Shown piece after piece: positions 10,047 to 20,199 of a stretch of DNA of 64,000 nucleotides (positions are counted from its first letter, which is position 1; the number at the start of each line of letters is the position of its first letter). Position numbers and translations under genes: made by a program. Source of the stretch: Takakia lepidozioides (lineage: Eukaryota; Plantae; Bryophyta); NCBI GenBank assembly GCA_030704615.1, contig CM060734.1, positions 60,202,001-60,266,000 of the forward strand. Reading direction: 5' to 3'. The notes under the pieces were generated by a model, which was not told the origin of the DNA, searched no databases, and worked only from the letters and a program-made list of their open reading frames with translations.

Positions 10047-11508
10047 CGGCGCCGAATTTGCATCCGAGGCCGGTCGAACGATTTCGTCTCCAAGGTGAGT
10101 CGGTCACCTGGCCGACAGAGAACATCACCCAGATGGGAAAACGGCGCCGAATTTCCATCCGAGGGCCGTTGGATGAAGTCGTTTCGGGGGGAGAGGCCGA
10201 CACCTGGCCGACAGAGAACATCCCCCGGATGGAAAAACGGCGCCGAATTTCCATCGGAGGCCGACACCTGCTCGACAGAGAACATCCCCCGGATGGAAAT
10301 TCGGCGCCGGATTTCCATCCACCCGCGCTCCGACTTACCTGGCGGATGGAAATTCTGATGGAAAAACTCCGCCGATTTTCCATCTGGGGCCGGTCAGATG
10401 CAGTCGGCTCGGGGGGAGAGGCCGACATCTGGCTGTCAGAGAACATCCCCCGGATGGAAATTCGGTGCCGAATTTCCATCCAGGGCCCCCCAAAGGAACT
10501 CGTGAGGCCAACAACTAGCCGACATAAAACCTCCCCGGATGGAAAAACGGCGCCGAATTTCCATCCGGGGCCGGTCGGATGAAGTCGGCTCAAGCGGAGA
10601 GGCCGGCATCTGACCGACAGGAAATATCCTCGGATGGAAATTCGGCGCCGAATTTCCATCCGAGGCCGCCCTTAGGAAGTCGTCTCGGGGAGAGAGGCCG
10701 GCATCTGGCCGACAGAGAACATCCCCAGCATGGAAATTCGGCGCTGGTTTTCCATCCTGCAGGGCACCAGTTTACTTGCAAGATGGAAATTCGGCGCCGA
10801 ATTTCCATCCTGCGGGTAAGCGATATCGCAGCCCGATGCAAAACCGGCGCCGAATTCCAACTTTGCAAGTAAACTGGTGCCCTCCAGGATGGAAAACCGG
10901 CGCCAAATTTCCATTCAGCATGTAATCGGGAACGCGACCGGATGGAAATTTGGCAACGAATTTCCATGTAGGAAGTAAGCGGGACGGAAAAGAGGCAAGG
11001 AATTTATCTGTAGCAGACAAGAATTCCTTGAAAAACGTGGCTAAAAGTGGAGTTCAGCCACAAAACTAGAGGTTTTGTGTCTGATTAGACCCAAAAACGC
11101 ATAAAACTGCATGCAAGGACAGAAAATTGTTCTTGAAGGGGCCCCAAACGCAAACATCCGGCCGGCGTCGGATGGAAATTCGGCACCGAATTTCCATCCG
11201 GGGATGTTTTCTGTCGGCCAAGTGTCGGCCTCACCCCCCAAGACGACTTCCTGCAGGGGGCCCCGGATGGAAATTCGGCGCCGAATTTCCATCCGATGGA
11301 TGTACTCTGTCGGCCAAGTGCCGGCCTCTCCCCCCGACACGCGTAGCGACGGCGGCCTTGGATGGAAATTCGGCGCCGAATTTCCATCCAGGGATGTTTT
11401 CTGTCAGCCAGGTGTCGGCCTCTCCCCCCGACACGACCTCCTGCCGGCATCATCACGTTGCATCCTACTTGATCCGCTGGATGGAAATTCGGCGCCGTTT
11501 TTCCATCC
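10047..11508. repeat. Array of about 16 copies (plus half-sites) of the 30-bp palindrome GGATGGAAATTCGGCGCCGAATTTCCATCC with ~23-bp and ~65-bp spacers
   Basis: Copies start at 10131, 10227, 10291, 10356, 10452, 10537, 10632, 10728, 10781, 10834, 10887, 10940, 11170, 11265, 11360, 11479. Those at 10632, 11265 and 11360 are perfect dyads. Confidence 0.97.
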
Positions 11509-11748
11509 AGTGGGCTAATAATTTCTATGTGGGAGGGTGGACAACTTGGGGCCTACGGCCGACCTCCATACTCCTCCATTTAACAGCGCAGTTGCGCATT
11601 TAATGTCCGCCGTCAGTTTTCAACCGGACATTCCGCACTGATTCCGTGCTACCGCCGTCGGATACCCTAAACCCTGATGTGGCGGGTGGATGAAGTTCCA
11701 ATCGATGCCACTATGCACGCATTTTCCGTGTGATATTTTCTTTTGCAG

Positions 11749-13090
11749 GGACTTATGCCGCGTGGAGAAGGGCGTGGCTCTCCTGAGAGAAACCCCACAT
11801 GCAGACCGCGCCGCAAACTGAAGCCTTTGTACTACGGGCGGCGTCCAGCGTCTCGCATGGCCAAACTGAAACTCCAACATGAGATCCCCTTGTCTTGCTC
11901 GCAGCCCGCGCCAATTGAAGCCGAGCACTCTCAGGCAAGCCCCTTCCTCTTTCCATTTCTGTAACATGTGCGGTCTTCTCCGCTTTGTTTTTTTGTTTTG
12001 GCATCTTCAGCCTGACATCCTTGGAAGTGGAAGTGGAAGAGGACGTTCATGATTGCATCGAGTTGGTGAGAAGAATGATGAAGGGGAGGGTTAGAAAGGA
12101 GCCAGGTCGTTGCTGCATTGAGATTTGCAACAGGATGCACACCTTCGCAGTAGATGACAGGTTGCATCTCATAATGAAGGAAATCCATGCTGGGCTGAGA
12201 AGATTGTCTAGGCATATCAAGTGCCTTGAAAAGCCTGTTTTCCCCTTTTGTGAAATCGTCCTTACATTTCCATGTTTATTTCTGCAAGTTACTGGTTGAG
12301 TGAACCATTGATAGTTTGCAATGCGTGTGATTGTTAGGCTGCTTCGGCATGTGATTGTTAGGCATTCATTGGGTTTGTTTTCATTGTTGGTCCACGATTG
12401 TTGCGATGGTGGTTTAGGTTGCCATGGTGGTTCTGACGATTGTTGGGGATGACAGAGTGAAGACGAGCGCGACACACTGGTGGTATCATCGACAGCTCCA
12501 ACTGCTCGAGCAGTCACTCCAAAAGCAGCTAGTGGGCAGCAATCTTCGAAGGTAGTGCTTCGCATGTTTGGATCAGCCAACTTGGGGCGGGAAGGCAAAC
12601 ATAATATTGCTTCTTTAGTTGGTATTCCGGAGGTTGGTGCAGGCGGCATGGCAGGTGAAGCCCGTCGGATGAGCACACCAGATCCGTTATTGGAGGAAGC
12701 TCATGCACATGCAGTAGGGCCCGCCCACGCAAAGAAGAAGAAGAAAGCCAAGCAGATGCAATCCCCGGTGAGAGAGCATTCACAACTGCGGAGGGGGGAG
12801 GGACCAGGTTGTCCGAGGGTGTCCGATCGCCTCAATCAAAGGTGGTTGATCTGGAGGCCTCCCCTGCTGCTACCCCTAGTAAGAAACAAAAGGCCCGTGA
12901 GAGGGCAAAAGAGAGGGCAAAAGAACAGGCGAGACACAAGGCTAGCCAGGAGGCAAGAGAAAAGGCCACTGATGAGGCCAGGGGTGACGACATGACACCT
13001 CTCGTAAGCGAGGGTCGCACAGAGAAGCTGGATCCCTCCAAGACACCAGAAAAAGGCAGTAGCGCACCGGCTGCATCCTTACCGGTGACG
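11749..13090 (+). pseudogene. Putative transposon accessory gene, divergent from the transposase; low-complexity, Lys/Arg/Glu-rich, frameshifted
   Basis: Candidate exons 11749-11934 (tttgcag| … cag|gcaagc) and from 12011 (ttcag|). ORFs 12480-12995 and 12809-13090 contain KKKKKAK and KARERAKERAKEQAR. No recognisable domain. Confidence 0.35.
12066..12221 (+). pseudogene. Isolated fragment of a PPR E2/DYW (PG-box) coding sequence
   Basis: VRRMMKGR-VRKEPGRCCIEICNRMHTFAVDDRLHLIMKEIHAGLRRLSRHIK aligns with VRKMMQDRGVRKEPGRSWIEVDNWVHTFAVGDKMHPQIEEIHAELKILSRQMK at 23194-23352 (31/53 identical by eye). Confidence 0.9.
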
Positions 13091-13850
13091 GGAGCGGCAC
13101 GTGGCCTGTCAGTGTTATCGGCCCATCATCTGGCCATCGTCCATCCCCTGCAAGGAGGATGGCGGGGGGATGAGAGGCGGATGACACACAACATCCATTT
13201 GTTTGTGAGGTTGGATGGATGCGTAGGGGATCGACGGTTCGGGGGAGCAGCATGTGGCACGCGATTCGGGTTGGGGGATCAATCCCGGTCCGGAAGGGGG
13301 GTCAAGGCACGTTGGGGGAGTGGCAACGTCTCGGGGGATCGGGCCGTCGATGGGAAGAGGGGATCGACGGCAGGGGGAGCGGCACGTGGCCTGTTATTGT
13401 CATCAGCCCCTCCGGCCGTCATCCATCCCCTGCGCGGGAGGATGGCAGAGGGGTGAGGGGCGGATGACACACAACATCCATTGTTTGTGAGGCTGGATGG
13501 ATGCGCAGGGGATCGACAGTTCGGGGGAGCAGCACGTGGCGCGCGATTAGGGTTGGGGGATCACTCCCGGTCCGGAAGGGGGATCAAGGCACGTCGGGGG
13601 AGCGGCGACGTCTCGGGGGATCGGGCCGTCGATGGGAATAGGGGATCGACGGCGGGGGGAGCGCCATGTGGTGATAGACGCGTCATGGGGCCTTCATCCG
13701 GCCGTCATCCATCCCCTTCGCAGGAGGATGGCGCGGGGGGGGGGGGGGGGGGGTGCGGATGACCGACATCATCCATTTAATTGAGGTTGGATGGATGGGA
13801 AGGGGATCGACGGTTCGGGGGAGCACCACGTGGCTGGAGATGAGGATGGG
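13091..13850. repeat. G-rich tandem repeat, ~283-bp unit, about 2.7 copies, with a 19-nt poly-G run
   Basis: Unit starts ggagcggcacgtggcc at 13091 and 13376, degenerate at 13658; G run at 13735-13753. Confidence 0.9.
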
Positions 13851-14940
13851 GGATAACTCCGACAGTGGACAGGGGATCAACCCAGTGAGGGGATCCACAA
13901 AGGGGGGCCGCCACGTGGCTGGAGATCGGGCGGTGTTGTGGGGCGCCCCAGCGTGGCCAGCGGTGGGGCGAGGGCGGGTGGGCGGGTCGGACTGAGGGAG
14001 GCGCGGGGAGGAGCGGGCGGGTCGGAGGGGGTGGGGATGATTTGACATGCGTCCAGCTCGCCGAGGAGGCTGCCAGAGCGGGGTTCCCAGGCTGTACCTC
14101 GCGGGCCGTACCTGTCAGCTCACACGCTTGAAATAAAATCAAGCCACATCCATATTGGGACCGATATGGGCAGTACAAGCTTTTCAGCTACATAGGGCTC
14201 CTGTTTTGCACCACCCAAGCACCAATTCAACAGGTCCATTCCGAGGGGATAGGGAGAAATTGGCTAGTGCGTAATGGGGAAAATGGCCATTGTATTGGTG
14301 ATGGCGCACATCACTTGGTTCTCAAAAGGAATATTAGGGGTAAATCACAGCTTTGTAGATATTCTATCATCCACTTCATCATACCCTCATTGTAATTTTG
14401 TTATTAGAAAAACAGAATGGAAAAAAAACATTCTTTGCCCTCTTAAAATCTCCGGGGAAGTCCATAGAACCGCACCCAAGACAAACTTTCACCAGGTGGC
14501 CACTGATACAAGTTAAAGACATAGCTACTATTCTAGCATACACTTGCAGGTGAAGAAATTCAATTATGAGTGTACTCTCTCCCAACCATGTCTGGACATT
14601 TTGAATAATAAGAATCTTTATTATGAATTTCTCATTCTCCATTTGAACCGGAGTACAAGCTGGTTTATCTCAAATCCAGTGCTCCCAAAGTTACAAACAG
14701 AGGAAAATGTAACCTCGTGAATTTGGGTTTTGCCACCTCAGCCTGGGGCACCAAAACAGCCTCCAGAGAATCAGCTCATTAGAAACTATCCAGCTGAGCT
14801 GGAAATGCACAGAATGGAGAGAAGATCGATCTGTGGTGACCAGAACAATAAGATGCCTTCATAGTAAATGAGGATGAGAAGCAGAGAATCCCAAAACACC
14901 TCAAATGAGTGGAAGGACAGTGAGCTCACCTACGCGTCTG

Positions 14941-17900
14941 TCACACCGTTTTGGGCTTGGGAGCCAAAGCTTTCTTCCGTTGTTTGATCATATGCATGTA
15001 CAGCCCAGGGCTCCCTGTCACCGAAACAGCACATTGTCTTGATGTCCTCTTAACACTTGCAATTGCAATCTTTCAAATGAGGGACAACCGAGAGGGAGAG
15101 TATCTGGGAGATTCCAACCTACATTTAGGCAATGTGAGCTGCAAAAGAAAAGAAAATTAGTAAACAGCCTAAACTACGCTAAAAGATAGTGTTGTGAGTC
15201 AATAAAGATCCAGGGATTACCCTAGCTGCATATCTTTTCTTGATGGCACACTAAGGTTTGAATGTAAGGAACAGGGTTACCTGGAAGGTATGCAAGGATA
15301 GCCAAAACGGAGACAAAGTGATAATCGAAACCAAAATTCAGCTTATTTGGCATCCGCAAAGAATACAGATCCGACATCTGTCAAGTACATCGTAAGAAAG
15401 ATAATTAGATGATTAATCCATGAGATTAGCATTCCATCTGCTTGACCAGGTGATAAAATACAGTCAACTATCCCACTAGACCACCAGAAGACATACTAGT
15501 GTGCATCAATCGATGATTTGCTTGTTACTCACATAGTAATAGTGACTTTCTTTGTTGCCGTGTATGTGTGGACATAAACGGAACAGTTCCCAGCTAGATT
15601 TCCTATTAGAACTTGGTACAGACATCCTCTGGCTACCAGCACGACTCAGAGGACTTACTCGCATGAAGGGAAGGGCAACATAAATGAGACCGATCTCGCT
15701 GGAGATGCCGGTAATATAAAGAACAAGGAAGGAAGTATACCTGCCACCCATTTTTCATTTCAAAGTCAGGACAGACCACTGCCGGCAAGAGGCATAAAAT
15801 ACTAGGTTCCTTGCCATGACCACCCTGTATTGTGCAGTAGAAAGGATATCACAGAACACTCTTCCCATGAGGTCCAAAATGGTGTGATTACACCCTTCCA
15901 TATACAGTCACACGTTTAGCATTCGAGACTACAGATGCTAGGAGAGCTGGTCCACTCTATAGAACTCAGCAATCCTACAACTGAAGATTGTGGGCTGTGT
16001 TGGAGAGTCAAGCTAAGGTGAGTATCCTGAATAATAGGATGAATAATGGCCAAGATCGCAGTGGGGCTATTTTGCGGCATAACCTCTGCTCATGTTTCTC
16101 CTTATATAGTTTTGCATCCTTTGTGCAAAGCATGCACAATGCCATTCACATGGTTCAGATATCAGCTGCAGTCTTCTCAGTGTTGAGGAGGCACTTAAAT
16201 TGACATTAACAGACAGTATAACATATGCTGGACCATGTTTAGGTGTATGCAAAAGAGTTGAAAGTCATCTAGAATATCAACAGCTTCCTGCAACAACGAA
16301 GTCCCTTGGCTACAAAAAGTAGGGAGGTGGCAGACAGACTACGAGGGACCACAAAACTGACCTGAGCCAGAGGAGGAAGCGTGGGGTGTAGCCAAAAGCC
16401 TCTTTCAGACCAAAGAAAGAGTAACGGATCACCTGGTCACAAATTTTGCAATGTCAGGATTATATGCAGTGAACTTAGCAGTGTAGGTAATGTTGACACT
16501 GGTACAAGTTAGTTCTTATTATCCTTGTATTGGGACCAGCCCTGTACATGCGATGCCAATGAGATAGCTAGTGTGGTTCCATGGTGACATGGGGTTTGTA
16601 TCTGCTTGCTAGTCACCCTGGCATGCCAAGACTATGCTTATGTGAGGGGAGATGTGCACACTGTCAGCTTAGCTCTGCTCTAAAGACCATACCAGTCTTG
16701 TACTCATAAGTACATAATCTGTTCAACCTGTAAAATACTCATGTTGTGTCCTATCCTTAACGCCCTTTTGAAAAGACCCAACAAGATCCGATTGAGATTA
16801 ATTAGAACAAGTGTAAAAATTTGCAACTAGCAAAGCATTCGCACCTCTGTGACAGCCCAGCTCAGGATCAAGGATGTCACCAACCAGTGCTCCCTCACCT
16901 GCAAGCACCCCCACAATTCTATTGAGCAGCACAAATATGTGAAGCAGCCAATTCATTAGTGGTGGAAAGCTAGTTTGTTGGACCTTCCTGGGCACGTAGT
17001 AAACTCAACTTATCCAGATATCACCAGAAAACCCTGCAATTAGCCTTGAGGTTAAACTGTCATCTTGGGCGGATTCCCTCTGGAAATGACATGCCGTCCT
17101 ATGCTAGAGTGATCTAAACACTTTGAATTTCACAAGCAAAATCTAACTTCCTAAATGAAAACCATGTCTACTTTGAAAAATGAGAAGTGAAGGAATACTA
17201 CCTGAGGAAAGCTAAAGAGGATGCCCCAGGTAAGGTAGACACGTGATGCAATTTGAGGTAAAGTGGCCATCACTGGTGACCGCACAATGCCTGCAAGTAA
17301 GAGGGCCACGACGAGACCAAGCTCTGGTGGTGACTGCAAGTAAAGAGTGTTGCCAGGTGATTGCAAAGTGGAAAAACACTTACAGACTCATATTGTTATG
17401 TCGCCCCCACACAGCAAATAGACAACCAACTCTCGAAAAGACGATCAGAGGATCAAGCGGAGCAGTACAAAGGAAAGGGAGAGACACAGAAACTAGCCCC
17501 CAGCCGGAAAGGAGGGGGTGGTGGGGGCGCAAACTGAAGAGAAATTTATGGTTGTTGGGGGAGTAGCCTGTAACAGGTCTGCAAGACATCACATTCCTCT
17601 GCTGTAACTGTTACAAAGGATGTACAAGATAAAGAGATGTGAGGATTGGAATTGGAAGGGGGGAGACAAACAGTGGAAGGACAGAAGAGAGACTAGAGAA
17701 GAGGGGGAGGGTTAAAACTGAGGTGGACATGGGTAAATGAGATGGAAACAGAGGGTTCAAGAGTGAAAGGAAAATAAGGGCATTATCACTCACCAACAAC
17801 GCTGTTGGCAATCTGCGAGTCCACAACAGGCCTTGGTCAGATACCAAATTAAAGCAAAAGGTAATCTCTAAATATTGAGACCCTGGGATACATAGACAAC

Positions 17901-18729
17901 GATTCTCCCTCCTTGCTGCCTCATTCTTCTTTCTTTTCACTCCACATTTTGAGATACTTGGAATTTGGAGATAAATTCACCCTCCATTCTCCTTCCCCCT
18001 CACCAGTCATATCCAACATAAGGAGACAAACAGTGGGTGGGTCCATGAGATATTGCCCCTTCATACTCATGAGTTCTGCAGTTCCCACAAACATTCTACA
18101 GCTGAAAGCTGCATAGTCCTAGGCTTTTAAACCCAAAACAGGAAGCACATTATCTCCTACCCCATACACCAAAGAAAGAAAACACCATCCCCGCTACCTA
18201 TTCGGTCCTAGAACTTAATACTACTCATCTCACAAAATCAGCTCTGAACGCAAAAAAAGAAAGAAATAAGAGAAGAAACCTCAAGGAGTGCGGCAGTCTG
18301 CCATATCTGCAACGGTTTCTCTACAGCAGCATAGACGCCGGATGGTCCTGACTCTTGAAGAGCCTTTACGGAAGCCACCAATATCTGAAGCCTGGCCCAA
18401 CCATGCAGAACAAAACATTCCGATTTGATTTCTCCTTGTGCCAACGAGCATCCCCACTCTCCTCCACTCCAAATATTGACCCACAATCTACGATAACGAG
18501 ATCGAACATTTTAGTACCAAAGAAAATGACACAGCTGGAAACAGGCAGGATCGCACACAACATAAACATGACATTGAACAGAAAGAGACAAATACACACA
18601 GGGGACTTCACAAAAAGAAATGAACAGAAATACAAGAGGCACAAAGATCAAAGCTCTCGACACAGAAGCCAACCAGCCTGCAAGGAGCACCACATTGTAG
18701 ATCGCCAGGTACACCCTCACAGCTGCCAT
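14941..18729 (-). CDS. PAS2: Very-long-chain 3-hydroxyacyl-CoA dehydratase (PTPLA/HACD, PASTICCINO2-like), 9 exons
   Basis: Exons 18729-18674, 18391-18280, 17812-17794, 17290-17202, 16898-16845, 16432-16362, 15740-15659, 15377-15281, 15014-14941, all GT-AG. Spliced product MAAVRVYLAIYN…GIVRSPVMATLPQIASR…SWAVTEVIRYSFFG…WLRYTSFLVLYITGISSE…RMPNKLNF…QRKKAL is collinear with Arabidopsis PAS2 as I recall it. Confidence 0.96.
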
Positions 18730-20199
18730 TGTGCCTCTGATCTCCACGAAGAGAAGGCACGCACACCTGCAACCCAGATCGCCAGGAGGCGACGGCGTCA
18801 GTCGGCCAACCCGTGGACCACGAGTTATTTTCCGTCATGAAACCTCACTGCAAAGCGACGGTCCAAATGGACGATGGACGGACGAAATGGAGTGTCAGTG
18901 AAGTTATCCCGCAGATGTCCAAGGTCCTGTCTTCTCGTGAATGCGGTGAAGGAGCAGGAAGCTTGACAGCATGCAGAAGATCTGCACTCCAACATTTGGA
19001 ACTGAATTGGGTATTCGGCTTGGCAACGCCCGGCCCCCGGGCCTTGCGAGTGATGTCCTGGACAATGCTTCCCCAGCCTCCAGGGATGCTGACGACAGGT
19101 ATAGAGCTGTGAATTTTTCGTTTTGTTGTTGGGTTTACGAGACAATTGTCTCTACGGAGCGATGGGTGGATAACAGCGAGGGATCTGCGAAGTTTGATAA
19201 TACATACCCTTGCGGGATTAGTCCCTCCTTAATGTCAAATCTCCAGGGGGCTGTTTTTGGGTCCTGGTCCACAAATTATGTACTACCCAGTAAATGGATT
19301 GTAGTTTTTGAAGCGGTATAACTATCATGTTAAGAGCCAGTATAGAAATTCCGGAAGAAAGTGCTGATTGCAGCAGTCGAGCTGTAAGCCCCAGTGGAAC
19401 ACAGAGCTGACACATGCGTTACTTGTGCTGCCCGTCACACCAAGTTTAAGAAACGGCGTGGAGAGAGACAGAGAGAAAGAGATTTTATGGAATGCTCAGA
19501 TTGTCCTTTTCTTACTCAGGGCTCCTAAAGGTCAACTTAAGTCACCACGGCTTCTCAATATAGACTGAGGCAATTTGGAAACTGGCAATGTTCTCATGTT
19601 CTTGCAGTGCTTGGACCCAGGTCAAGCAACGAGCAAAGAACCAATCCGGAAGGAGCTGCTCGCTGGTCCTTGGACAACAGGTTGGATATGGTAATGCTAT
19701 GTTTATTTACGCCATGACTTCTTCCATGACGTACAAATGATGTGTGGAGCTCTTGTGGTTGTAGCTTGGTGTTTGTGGGGCTGTCGTGCAAGCTATGGCT
19801 GCTCAGCTGCCCATTGCTGGCTTTCACAGAACAGTCCAAGATCACTGGATTTCAACATAAGTGCACAAATGAGTACTGGTTGAACATTCCTGGGGTGAAA
19901 GCCGAGCCAGCTATCATGGATCAAGGTCAAGCACAATCTGTTGATGGTTTGAATGTGGATGTGCGGCATGGAGCTCCAGACCAAGTATACAACGGGTATT
20001 TTTTTGATGCTGATTCAAGGGTTCCAACTCAAACAGATAGAATTGGTACCGTCCATCCCAAAAATTGATGACTGCAGTCACCCTGTCATTACATAGCAAG
20101 AAGCCTGTCCTCATGAAAAGATATTTCATTGCAGCATCAAGGAGCCTTGAGATTTATATTGATGTGAGTTTGACCAGAAAGGTTTGTAACTAAAGAATT

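Noticed and set aside
10047-11508. CRISPR array interpretation of the palindrome-spacer array
   Set aside because: Spacers are related to each other and fall into two length classes rather than being unique, there are no cas genes, and the context is a spliceosomal plant locus.
9791-11603. Many overlapping ORFs with repeated MEIRRRISI / DGNSAPNFH / GWKFGAEFPS
   Set aside because: They are translations of the palindrome, which is stop-free and reads the same on both strands.
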